The notes under the pieces are model-generated. The model did no database searches. It had not been told where the DNA came from and saw only the letters and a program-made list of their open reading frames with translations. From assembly GCA_010909165.1 (NCBI GenBank), contig VJWM01000265.1, positions 62,001-126,000 of the forward strand: a stretch of DNA of 64,000 nt, written 5' to 3'. Shown one piece after another: positions 1 through 10,923 of the stretch. The stretch's first letter is position 1. Each line of letters starts with the position of its first letter. A program made the position numbers and the translations under genes. The stretch comes from Anthoceros angustus. Its lineage: Eukaryota > Plantae > Anthocerotophyta.

Positions 1-87
1 AGAGGTGAAGCAACAGCTTCAGGGGCGGGGGTATGTTTACTGTGCCCTGGGACTGGGTCTGGGAGTCGGGCAGAGGGAGAGGGGGCG

Positions 88-1500
88 ATGCTGAAGGCCG
101 AGCTGGCTCCGGAGCTGCAGCTGCATGTGCTGCAGGGGAGCTTCAATGGTGGGCTCCGGGGAGTGGGAGATGGAGAGAGGGAGATGGATGCCACAGTGTG
201 GAGCCGCCTCCCGCAGGACGTGGTGGAGAGGGTGTTGCTCCGCCTGCCATCGGCCAGCCGCCACCGCTTCCAGGCGGTGTGCAGCGCCTGGCGCTCCCTC
301 ATGTCATGCCCTGGCTTCCTGCAGGAGAGTGCGGCTGTGGGGAGGTCGAATTTCGTGCCGGATCTCATCTGCGCGTTTGAGTACGACTCCGATCATCGGT
401 CCCCGTACCTGATGCGGGTGTTGGGGGCGGCCAGGAGAAGGCTCACCGTCCCTAGCGGCGAGCGCACGCCGCCTGTGTCCAAGCCGGTGGAACGGTGCCA
501 GGAGGAGGTGGAGGAGGCCAAGTTGCTGTCGCATGTCCTGAGCAGCAGGAGATCGGAGCAGCTGAGGGTGTTCTCAGTGGACCTGTCCTTTGTGCCCTCC
601 AAGCTGCTGAGCAAGCGGGTGAAGTCGCAGGGGAACGGGCTGCTGCTCTGCCTGTCCCAGGGGATGCCTGGAGTGAGGTGCGTCATCAACCCCATGACCA
701 GGTCTTGGAGGGAGCTGCCGCCGCTGTCGCTCAGCTTCCGGGAGAGGATATGGGCGGAGGAGGTGACCGTGGACAGGGATTCCTCCGGTGGGTTCAACGT
801 GGTGGTCATTAAGGGCACAAGCAGCGATTCTTGGTTCATCTGCGTCTACTCCTCCGCCTCTCACCGGTGGAAAGTTGTCGCAGGGCAGCCTTACCATGGC
901 CATAGGTATTTCCAGTACTGGCCCAGATTCTTCATCGACAACTTGGTTTACAGCCACGACAGGCTGTTGGGAGACTTGCTCATCCACAACCAGGACGACG
1001 GCATGCTGGTGAAAACGGTGTCTGTTGGGTTTCCTCCCATCCCTCACATGGAGTGTGCCTGCTACGAGTTGCCCGTGCGGTATCTGCGGGTGATATTCAT
1101 GGAGCACGAGGGCACTGTGTACGGAGCCTTTGTCTTCCGTTCTGGGCTGCACCATTTCGGAGGTATCAGTCAGCTGGACCAGAACAGGATGATGTGGGCG
1201 GATTCAGTGCTGCTTCCGGACTCGCTCAACAGCGAGGTGAAGGACCTGGCAAAGAAGAACCCTAGCTTCAAATCTACCGACTGGACGCCTTTCTGTTGCG
1301 GCACTATCTCTCTGGTGGGCGATTGCATCTGCTTCAACCTTCATTCAGAAAAGCTTCACACGATGGCGCTCACTTTGCAGCATGTGGTTGCATTCCACAT
1401 ACCCTCCAGGACATGGAGGATTTTGTTTCCTCGTGCCTTCGTCAGCCTTGGGAAACAGTACTGGCTGTTCGAACCCAAGTCACTCAATGTGCATCTTTGA
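88..1500 (+). CDS. F-box protein with a kelch/FBA-like C-terminal region, intronless (ATG 184 is an alternative start)
   Basis: 470-aa ORF. F-box motif WSRLPQDVVERVLLRLP..RFQAVCSAWRSL, followed by plant F-box-associated motifs GLLLC, VINPMTRSWRELPP and VYSSASHRW. Confidence 0.85.
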   Translation: MLKAELAPELQLHVLQGSFNGGLRGVGDGEREMDATVWSRLPQDVVERVLLRLPSASRHRFQAVCSAWRSLMSCPGFLQESAAVGRSNFVPDLICAFEYDSDHRSPYLMRVLGAARRRLTVPSGERTPPVSKPVERCQEEVEEAKLLSHVLSSRRSEQLRVFSVDLSFVPSKLLSKRVKSQGNGLLLCLSQGMPGVRCVINPMTRSWRELPPLSLSFRERIWAEEVTVDRDSSGGFNVVVIKGTSSDSWFICVYSSASHRWKVVAGQPYHGHRYFQYWPRFFIDNLVYSHDRLLGDLLIHNQDDGMLVKTVSVGFPPIPHMECACYELPVRYLRVIFMEHEGTVYGAFVFRSGLHHFGGISQLDQNRMMWADSVLLPDSLNSEVKDLAKKNPSFKSTDWTPFCCGTISLVGDCICFNLHSEKLHTMALTLQHVVAFHIPSRTWRILFPRAFVSLGKQYWLFEPKSLNVHL

Positions 1501-2409
1501 AATGCAGTACCCTACTCAGGGGCTTCCCGAGTGACTCTTGTGCCTCACTTGCAAGTGTGTGGGCATTTCTTGGCAATCGCAGGAAAGATGTGAACATTTG
1601 TCTCGCATCGGCTTGACACATTACATACAACTAAGACAATGAAGAGATGTCGGAATCACAGTCCTCGGGGGATGATTTCTGGACTCGCATGTGGCCACCC
1701 GGAACTCATATTTGAGGTCGGCGAGTTCTGCTTATATAGAGGAACGGATACAAAGAGAATATCTTGAGGAGGGTGGCTTTTTGGAAGGTGTGCAAATGGA
1801 TTAACATATCTGATACACAGTGGTATTCTTAGTTCGCAGCTAAAATGGTTTGCTTAAAGTGCATAAATAGTAGAGGTTTTATGAGATTATTTATAAGAAA
1901 TAAATAATCTATATTATTTTTAGAATTGAACCTTTTTCTTTGAAGCTACTGATTAGTTGGAATCTAATTCAAATTAATTATCATCTAATAAGTGTGATCT
2001 TGTTAGAGTTCGTTTATGATCTTAGTGTAAATTGTGTTTAACAAGTAGATGAGGGAAACTAAAATTGTTGTTTACATCCGACAAGGATCCTTATGGACCG
2101 CTAGTTGACAAGGATCCTTATGGACCGCTAGTTTCCCGAACTGTTATTCGTTCACGGGGACTGTCATCCATTCAATTCAATAGTTCAGTTGGACGAACAG
2201 TGCGCCACCTATATAGTGTTAAGTTCGATAGTTAGTTAGATAGTTCAGTTGGACAAACTATGTGCCACCTATATAGTGTTAAGTTTGGTAGTTCAGTTGG
2301 ACAAACTATGATCCCACGCACAATAAAAATTGGACCGGACAACAATTATCCCGAGGTTATGTGTGTCCAAATGGCTTAGGCCAAATGGACATACATGTAT
2401 AAGAACATC

Positions 2410-2697
2410 GTGATTAAGCATCCAGAGCTTAGATCAGTACTTAGATGGGGTGCCTAAAGGGAGTGGATGCCCTTGGTGCAAGTAGCTTAGGCACACCATG
2501 GTACAAGTTGCTAAGTACGAAGTCCCATGACGGAAATCTATCCTTAGTGGACGTGATTAAGCATCCAGAGCTTAGATCGGTACTTAGATGGGGTGCCTAA
2601 AGGGAGTGGATGCCCTTGGTGTGCAAGTAGCTTAGGCACACCATGGTACAAGTTGTTAAGTACCAAGTCCCATGACGGAAATCTATCCTTAGTGGAC
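2410..2697. repeat. Direct tandem duplication, unit ~142 bp
   Basis: GTGATTAAGCATCCAGAGCTTAGATC...GGAAATCTATCCTTAGTGGAC occurs at ~2410 and ~2553. Confidence 0.85.
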
Positions 2698-2889
2698 TTA
2701 AATAAAATTCTTCTTCTTCTTCTATTGACAGTTGAAGAAAATAACAATATTTTTCATTATAATAAAATAATTAAATGTAACTCTGGCTACTAAGCTATTC
2801 TTTTCTCAATCATTCTATTCATATTTGTTGGCCAAGTATGATGACACATAATTCATTATTAATTCTCATGAGCATGCTCATACACCACG

Positions 2890-3280
2890 ATTTGGCCCAA
2901 GGGGCCGCTGCCCTGCTGAACACCCTTCCTACATCTTGGACTCGAGCAAGAAGGCCACATATAATGAGAATCCATCTTCAGAGCCACATCAGGTGATTTG
3001 GCCCGAGGGGCCGCTGCCCTGCTAAACACCCTTCCTACATCTTGGACTCGAGCAAGAAGGCCACATGTGATGAGGATCCATCTTCAAGCCACACCAGATT
3101 AAAGGGTCGCGGCTTTACTGGATACCTGGACTCAACAAGAACCTAGTGCTCCGAAAATAACATCCTACCTCTTGGACTTGAACAAGAAGGCGACATATGA
3201 TGGGGGTCTTCAGATCCCACATTAGGGTAAAAGGTCGCTGCTCTATTGAACACCCTTCCTACCTCTTGGACTCGAACAAC
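2890..3280. repeat. Degenerate tandem repeat, unit ~105 bp
   Basis: GGGGCCGCTGCCCTGCT.AACACCCTTCCTACATCTTGGACTCGAGCAAGAAGGCCACAT occurs twice nearly intact, plus degenerate copies. Confidence 0.7.
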
Positions 3281-3663
3281 AACATAGTGTGTCGAAAATA
3301 ACATAGTATCCATGTACATTGCGTAAGGATATATCATTAGGCCAGCTCCAAATTATACACTTGGTTAGTATATGTTCAAATACTCTCTCATCTAGCATCA
3401 TGATCATTGTTTGTAGTGACATCCACAATTTATAAGCTGTACATGTTCTCTGTAATGACCAAACATCAAACATGATCTTAGTAAGCTCATTAGCAAACAA
3501 ACCAAACCTAATCTAAGAAAGATGGAAAATCTATACAGCAAGATATGAACCACAATGAGCTCATTAGCAAACAAACCAAGCCTAATGCAAGGAAGAGGGG
3601 GCTAAGGAATTCAGGCCGGTTTTTGTAAATTTATTAAATTATCGATTCACATCAAGATATGCA

Positions 3664-3736
3664 GGGGATGTAGCTCAGATGGTAGAGCGCTCGCTTAGCA
3701 TGCGAGAGGTACGGGGATCGATACCCCGCATCTCCA
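3664..3736 (+). tRNA. trnA-AGC: tRNA-Ala (AGC), nuclear
   Basis: GGGGATGTAGCTCAGATGGTAGAGCGCTCGCTTAGCATGCGAGAGGTACGGGGATCGATACCCCGCATCTCCA. 73 nt, full cloverleaf, G3:U70 pair, followed by a TTTT Pol III terminator. Confidence 0.97.
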
Positions 3737-4456
3737 TTTTGGTCATACTCAATATCCCGCGTATAACATTTTAGTCGCATTTACATTTCAGTTATACTGT
3801 TCCATCATGGCCCTAGTGAAGGTGCCATCCCTTACGCTTTTTCCACGAGTGACGTGGTTGTGGGAGCTGTAGCAGGAAGGCGATCCCCCAGCGGTGCGAT
3901 TTGCTCTGTGCAACAACTGGTGACGCCCCTTGAAGTTGATGGTCAGTACCACTCCATCCACAAATTGTCACGATGGTCAGTTCGACTCCACCCACAGATC
4001 GTCACCCGGAGGAGTTGCAGGACAGTAATCAGGGAGCAGCCAACAACGCTCTTCCCGAGGACGCGGACGTAGACTTTCTTCTCCTTCTTCTAGTACCTAC
4101 TCGCCGGTTACCGCTCTCCGCCTCCTTGTACCATCCTTCATCGATGCCCGCGAACGCGAGCGAAGGGCCGCATTGTTTTCTGTCCCGTCACCCGGGCGTG
4201 ATGCCCGCATGCCCGACACCGGACTTGGGCCACCGGAAACCCAAAGATGCATCGGCGCCAGTGCCCGCATCTCCTTCAAATTTGTGGTGTTTTTAGCGCT
4301 TCCGCACTAAAGCCATTCAACGTGTTAGCTGAGCGATTCCGCACTACAGCCATTCAACGTGTTCGCTGGATGCAAAGACGTTGACAGAGGGACGAGGCAG
4401 AGTCGCAGCGATGCGGCCATAGTTGAAGAGTTCAACCGGCAGTGAACTCGATCGCA

Positions 4457-6108
4457 ATGGGAGCTCCGACAATGCGAGTGCTGAAATTCCCCTTGCTCCT
4501 GCGCTGCATGTCTGTTCTGCTCTTGATCCACGTCCCGCTGAACGCGAGTCTGCAACACTACAATTTTAAATGTCCGGAGGCGATTTTTGGCCTTGGAGAC
4601 TCTCTCACGGACACCGGAGAGTTGCTGCGAGCGTTCCCGTCGCCGGTGTTGGCGCAGTCAGGAAACCCGCCTTACGGCAAAACGTTTCCTGGCCACCCGA
4701 CTGGCCGCTACAGTGACGGCAAGCTCATGATCGACTTCATCGGTGAGTGACGCTGGTGCATGGATCTGTGCCGTCGTAGCCTGATGTTCTGATTGCCGAT
4801 GTCCTAATTGCACGCACTGTGCAGCCGAGGGGTTCGGTCTTCCTCTTCTCGATCCCTATTTCAAAAACATTGGAGCCAATTTCAACCAGGGTGTGAACTT
4901 CGCTGCTGCGGGATCCACCGCTCGGAACACTCCGGCTCCTGTGCCTTTCTTCCTTGCTTTTCAGGTGGACCAGGCGGTCTACTTCCAAGCCACATTTCTT
5001 GCAAGCATCGATCGGCCACCAGCTTCAGGTTACGAGGCATTGATCAGTTTTTGGAAATTTCATCTCCAGTGTCCTGCAAATCTGATTCTCCATTTAGGTT
5101 ACATATCAGTAGTAGTACTTCTACTGTGTCCGTGGTGCGTGCAGTGCCCAGGCCTTCTTCCTTCACTACCCGCGGGCTCTACAGCATCAAATCGGGGGGA
5201 AATGACATCCGGGTGGCCCTCGCGCCGGGAGGCACCCCCGTCCCTGTGGAGCTTCCAATTGGTGCCATCAAAGATGTGATTGTACCGGAAGTTGTTTCCA
5301 ACATTTCCGCAGCCATCGCTGTGAGTACGTCTTTACCACGGACAGGTCTTGCGGTCTTGAATTGCAGGAGCTTCCTGATGGATCCCGAGGCCTGATGGAG
5401 AGTAGCTGAAATATTTCAGAATGCTACTGGAACTGAGTGACGAGTGTAATAAAACTGTCTTTGGTTCTCCATGGCAGCGACTGTATGAAGAGATAGGAGC
5501 CAGACAGTTTATGGTCTGGGGCATTGCCCCTTTGGGATGCGTCCCTGCTCTTCTGGCCTTGCTGCAAACTGTGCCTGAAGCTGGTCCGCTCGATGAGCAC
5601 GGATGCCTGGCAGGCATCAATGCCCTTGCCCAGGAAGTAAACTCGCAACTGGCAACAGGCATTCAAGGTCTGAGACAGAACCTTCCAGATGCCGTCGTCA
5701 TGTTTGTCGACTTCTACGACATTACACTCAACATCATAACGCAGTATGGAGACTACGGTAAGAGATGCGGCAGTACAGGCTGGAAATCCTGGCAGTCCAG
5801 TACGTGAATGTCAGAACGGAAGTAGGCTCGATGCCAAATATCTCTAACGTTTCCTGGCTTGCTTTGCAGGATTTAAGGAGCCGCTGAAGGCGTGCTGCGG
5901 CTCGTCCACAGGCCTCTACGGCTACAACTACGATCCAAACGTTCCATGCGGAATGCCTGGGGCAAATTTTTCTGTGTGCGAAAAGCCTGCAGAGTATATC
6001 AGCTGGGATGGAGTTCACTACACACAGGCCTTCTACAAGCTTGTCGCAGAGGCTGTCCTCAGTGGACAGATCTTGGATCCGCCGATCCCAATATCCTCCG
6101 TCTGTTAG
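4457..6108 (+). CDS. GDSL esterase/lipase 1; exons 4457-4742, 4825-5028, 5145-5320, 5478-5757, 5870-6108
   Basis: Signal peptide; FGLGDSLTDTG, PTGRYSDG, GVNFAAAGS, GGND and WDGVHYT blocks; GT-AG introns. Confidence 0.92.
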
Positions 6109-6504
6109 TCCAGATGTGTACCGCATGTAAAGCAAGAAATAGTCGAGACCTACTACATGGCTCTGGTTGGAAAACATTCACCAATTGCAAGGTTTCAACG
6201 TTTTTGACATGCAGGTCCCGACGTTTGAAACTTGAAACCTGGACAAACATTGATGTGTTCAGCACTCGTGATTGTCTCAATTAAATCAGCCTAAAGTACT
6301 TCAGTTGCAGAGAAAGACTCATTAAATTTTGATTCTCCGTGTTATGATGAGAGGTGGAGCAGTGTTAGCGTTAGCAATCTTTGTTCATCTGTCCGTTCCG
6401 ACAAGTGGAGTTAAGCATCCACATTCACAATTTCACCCCCAAGAAAAGGCAATTTTCTCTGGCGTACTGGGTGGTTTTCAGCACTGGGTGGTTCTTCAGT
6501 TTCG

Positions 6505-9237
6505 TCACGGTCGACCCTTACAACTGCAACAACCAGCTGCGAATCGATGCACACGGTACCCATCCCTTACAACAATGTCTCTCTGTTCAAGCCTTGACAT
6601 GATCTCCGTGGAACTGTGGCAGTCACTGCACATGCGTAGATTCTTAGTTACCACCAGAGGTGTCCCATTCGGAGTGTTCAAAAGACCAAACGCCAGAGCT
6701 AGCTTCTCAGCATGCCCACAGAGCACATCTTCCTTATCCTTCTCACACACTGGTTTGAATACCAACTTGGTGTGGGGTACATGGCCTCCTTCCTGCTTCA
6801 GCCGTGTATTCGTGCTCTCTACCTTAAGCGCGATATCCTCTCTCCTTTCTCCCACCACAAATCTATGTACCTGCTCATTCACCTCAATGCTCGCGACTCC
6901 AGGTTTCTTGTTAGCCCCTGCTACCCTTCTCTGTGTTTCAATCCTGTCTACATCGGTCCACCTCCCTGCATTTGCGTAAGCATTGGCCATGAGCACATAG
7001 GAATGCGCCTGCTGGGGGTCCAGCCTAACAATGTTTTCAAAACACCACCTCGCCCTCTCTATATCCCCGTGACTTTTGCAGGCATTCAACAAAGTTATCA
7101 ATCCCACAACATCACTTTGGGCCTCACATGACAATAGCATCTTTTCTGCCTCATGTAAATGCCCCGCACGGCCAAGAAGGTCAATCATGCAGGTGTAATG
7201 CTCAATAGTAGGTTTGATGCCATGCTGTTCAGCCATGGAATCGAAGTGCTTGCAACCCTCATGGACCAGTCCCTCATGACTGCAAGCGACTAGAAGGCAA
7301 GTGAAAGTAGCACTATCTGGCTGAATACCAGCAACTAACATCTCCTCAAAGCAAGCTAGTGCTCTGTGACCTTCATCACAAGTACCATACCCAGATATCA
7401 GGGCCGTCCATGTCACAACATCCTTTGTGTTCATGCTGTCAAAAACCTGGCGTGCATCTTCCAGTTCACCACACTTTGCATACATGTCCACGAGGCAGTT
7501 GCCCAACATTACATTATCCAGCAATCCTCTTTCTACAATCAGTGAGTGAAGCTGCCTGCCTTTCTGTAAGGCGCCAGTGCTTGCGCAGGCCTTTAAAAGG
7601 CAAGACAATGTAACATGGTTAGCCAAGATCATCCCCTCCTGCTCCATTTGTCCATACAAAGCAAGCGCCTCATGTCCCAGACCTTGCTCAGCATATCCAG
7701 CAATCAGGGCATTCCATGTCACCACATCTTTTGTGTTCATGCTGTCAAAAAACTGTCGAGCATCTTTCAGTTCACCACATTTCGCATACCCAGCTATCAG
7801 CACCGTCCATGTCACCACATCCCTTGTGGGCATGTTGTAAAAAACCTGGCGTGCATGATTCAGTTCACCACACTTTGCATACATGTCCACCAGGCAGTTT
7901 CCAACAAACAAGTTAGTAGGAATGCCACTGTGCAACACATCATAGTGCACTTTTTTGCCAGATTCCAAGTCAGCCGCAACTGCACAAGCTTGAAGAGCAG
8001 CTACAAAGACGTGACCATTCGCCTTCACTCCTGACCTTCGCATCTCATGGTACAGCTGTATGGCCTCATTAGGTTTCCCATGTTTAGCATGTGCAGAGAT
8101 GATGGAACCCCACGTGATAACATCTGGTTTGCCTACCCTGGTGAACACATCCATGGCCTCCTCTAGTCTACCTCCACATGCATACATGCGCAAGACATGA
8201 TTCCCCAAGTATGCATCCGACTCGTACCCAAGCTTGACACTGAGATCATGAACTCGCCGCCCCACAACCAAATCCTTCTTAGCTGTACACAGTTTCAGCA
8301 CAACGCAAATCAGAGACTCAGAAATAACAGAGTTTGTCTGCGCCAGAAATTCCAGGGCTGCAACGGCCTCAGAAAGCTTCCCCTGCTCACATAACGTGCT
8401 CACAGTTACAGCCGTAACGACGCCCATTTCCAACCCTGCACACCTGCCAGGTTCAGGCCTATCCGGAGAGGTGGACTTGGAAAAAGAGGCACCATGACCC
8501 ATCTGCATATCCAAGCAAACGACCTGCTCATCAACCCAAGCTGGCTTAAACTTGTTTAACCACAGCACCTCGCCGGACCCCTTACGTGGGAAGTCAGGTA
8601 AGCGGGAACTATTACTTCGTCTGTTGTCCCACCACATGGTAGGGTGCAAAAAACTTTGTTGCCACAAGTGCTCCAGCTCCTGGCAACGACCATCGCTGGA
8701 AATCCCGTCCCCACCCACCCGTTTTCTCGGAACTGGAAGCGTTGGGCTCCTTACACTGCTGCACCTGGAGCCCATTTCTGATTCGGCACGCCTCCCAGGT
8801 TCAGCATGATCCGCAGAGCTCGACGTGGAAGGAGAGGCACCATGACCCATCTGCATATCCAAGGAAACGAGCTGCTCATCAACCCAAGCTGGCTTAAACA
8901 TGTTGTTTAACCACAGCACCTCGCCGGACCCCTTATGCCGGAAGTCAGGCGAACGGGAGCTCCTCTTGTCTCGTCTGTTGTCCCACCACATGGTAGGGTA
9001 CAGAAAGAATTGCTGCCACAAGTGCTCCTGCTCCTGGTGACGACCATCGCTGGATACCCCATCCCCAACCACACATTCTTTCGGAAGTGGAAATGCTGGA
9101 CTCCTTACACTGCTGGACCTGGAGGCTTGGTTGTTTGCCGGGTGTTGACTCCCCGAGGTAAGGTAAGCGGGAGCTCGTCGGAGAATCCCTGTACAAAGAC
9201 CACTTTGTTGGGTCCACGATCGTCCCTGCCGACGCAT
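6505..9237 (-). CDS. PLS-class PPR RNA-editing factor with E1-E2-DYW(KP/GRP-type) domain and two N-terminal OSB-like PDF motifs; intronless
   Basis: 910-aa ORF with ~13 PPR motifs (P-L-S-P-L-S-SS-P-L-S-P2-L2-S2), then E1/E2, KKPGVASIEV, HAEKLA and CSDCH, ending CSCKGRP. The N-terminus has two WWDNR..PDF..GEVLWL..PAWV units. Confidence 0.93.
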   Translation of the reverse strand: MRRQGRSWTQQSGLCTGILRRAPAYLTSGSQHPANNQASRSSSVRSPAFPLPKECVVGDGVSSDGRHQEQEHLWQQFFLYPTMWWDNRRDKRSSRSPDFRHKGSGEVLWLNNMFKPAWVDEQLVSLDMQMGHGASPSTSSSADHAEPGRRAESEMGSRCSSVRSPTLPVPRKRVGGDGISSDGRCQELEHLWQQSFLHPTMWWDNRRSNSSRLPDFPRKGSGEVLWLNKFKPAWVDEQVVCLDMQMGHGASFSKSTSPDRPEPGRCAGLEMGVVTAVTVSTLCEQGKLSEAVAALEFLAQTNSVISESLICVVLKLCTAKKDLVVGRRVHDLSVKLGYESDAYLGNHVLRMYACGGRLEEAMDVFTRVGKPDVITWGSIISAHAKHGKPNEAIQLYHEMRRSGVKANGHVFVAALQACAVAADLESGKKVHYDVLHSGIPTNLFVGNCLVDMYAKCGELNHARQVFYNMPTRDVVTWTVLIAGYAKCGELKDARQFFDSMNTKDVVTWNALIAGYAEQGLGHEALALYGQMEQEGMILANHVTLSCLLKACASTGALQKGRQLHSLIVERGLLDNVMLGNCLVDMYAKCGELEDARQVFDSMNTKDVVTWTALISGYGTCDEGHRALACFEEMLVAGIQPDSATFTCLLVACSHEGLVHEGCKHFDSMAEQHGIKPTIEHYTCMIDLLGRAGHLHEAEKMLLSCEAQSDVVGLITLLNACKSHGDIERARWCFENIVRLDPQQAHSYVLMANAYANAGRWTDVDRIETQRRVAGANKKPGVASIEVNEQVHRFVVGERREDIALKVESTNTRLKQEGGHVPHTKLVFKPVCEKDKEDVLCGHAEKLALAFGLLNTPNGTPLVVTKNLRMCSDCHSSTEIMSRLEQRDIVVRDGYRVHRFAAGCCSCKGRP

Positions 9238-10559
9238 CGCCTTCGCCTGGAGCCTTCACCTTCGCCTGAACCGGGACGGCGTAGGGCAGTTGCAAGTGCC
9301 AACGCCTTGACATGTTTGCAGTTCACGTCTGATGAAAAGGGTTGTGCGGATCGTTCTCCTCCCAATTTCGTATTTCCGTTCTTTTGTCCTCCTCGAGACC
9401 ATTCCCCTTCTTCTCTCTTTTCCATATTCCCTCGAATTCCCGTCCTACTAAGTACACATATTTCCTATTTATAAACTAGTGTTATTTTTCTCTTAATTAT
9501 AAAACATTAATTTTTTTTAATGGGTTCAATGGGTTCAGTTGTTGAAGTTAGGGTCTCCATGACCGAGACTAAATTCAAAATAATTGAGAAACAAGATTCC
9601 ATATCCATATTACACTCATAAAGGTAGAGAATTTGTCAAGCCTAACACTATTTATGTAGTATTCCATTCACCAAAGTAAACACTAGCTATCACAACATCT
9701 TCCCTCTTGCCTAGAACTTATAGAAAGTTAGCTCCCCATTAGCACCTAAGTAGGCAAATGCTAGACTATATATGCGGGTTCCACCTACAAATTAAACCAT
9801 CAGCTATCACAACCTCTCCCTTCTTACCTAGAACTTGCCAAGGGTTAGCTTCTCATCTTAAGTCACCTAAATCAGCTGAGTTCTTATAGCCAAAGAGGTT
9901 GAAGAACGTACAAATCATTGGGACCGTGAAACGAGCGTCAGAAACACAATTAATAGTAATAGTTTATTAGGGTATAAATTTTTTATTTTCAAATATGAAG
10001 GAAAAAAAGATCTTACACAGGAATTTCCAAAGCACAGCTAAAGAGAGATGCAACAATAATCAGAAAAAACATATAGAGACCCAAGAAGGTAGATCCACTA
10101 GAGAAGGCCCTGGAGGTCCTACCAAAAGCCAAGCTAATCGTGTAGTGAGACGTACTACGCCCTACTTCACATCTAAGGTTTGTACATGGGTGGAAGTAGG
10201 CTTTGGTGTGTCATATGAAGTGGTACTTTGTATTGCGTGTTGCTGTAATTTAGCTTAGCGTCACTAATGACCTAGCTCAATCAAAACTGAATTTTGTGTC
10301 TCTTATTATAGAAAACTCGTCGAGCCACTAAGTCATACAACTACTTCAAGCTTAATGACAAGGTACTAGATATTGAACCAATTAGAAAAACAATGATAGA
10401 TCAAGCTACAAACCAACGCCTCCTAAATGGGAGAGCAAGAGGGGATGTTGAAGGAAGAGGAGGCAACCAACGACCTCAAGCCATAGTGAAAAGCGCAAAG
10501 GTCTTGGATGCGAAGCTGGATATGCACCATGGTAGGGTAATGCGTGACAATATGGTGCA

Positions 10560-10923
10560 AGACCTTATGTTACCTCAGGTTAGTTTAATGCAAATCAAAA
10601 GTGGAGAGGTCTTGATTCCGGAGCTAGATATGTCCCATAGTCCAAGAATGCCATACCGTACAGCGCAAGACCTCCTGTTAGCTCAATTTAGCTCACTGCA
10701 AATCAAAAGTGGAGAGGTCTTGGTTCCGGAGCTAGATAAGTTTCATAGTCCAAGAATGCCAAACCCTACGTCGCCAGATCTTAGGTTAGCTCAATTTAAC
10801 TCAATGCAGATAAAAAATGAAGAGGTTTTGGTTCCAGATATGGATATGTCCCATTGTCAAATAAAGCAAGACCGTACATCACATGAGCTTATGTTCAATC
10901 AGTTCAATTTGATGCAACTTTAA
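10560..10923 (+). repeat. Three degenerate 120-bp tandem units inside ORF 10393-10923 (coding status doubtful)
   Basis: QIKSGEVL.PELD..HSPRMP recurs every 40 aa. Confidence 0.6.

Noticed and set aside
6329-6979. 216-aa plus-strand ORF and other antisense ORFs over the PPR, GDSL, TVP38 and RPL8 genes
   Set aside because: Shadow ORFs opposite well-supported genes.
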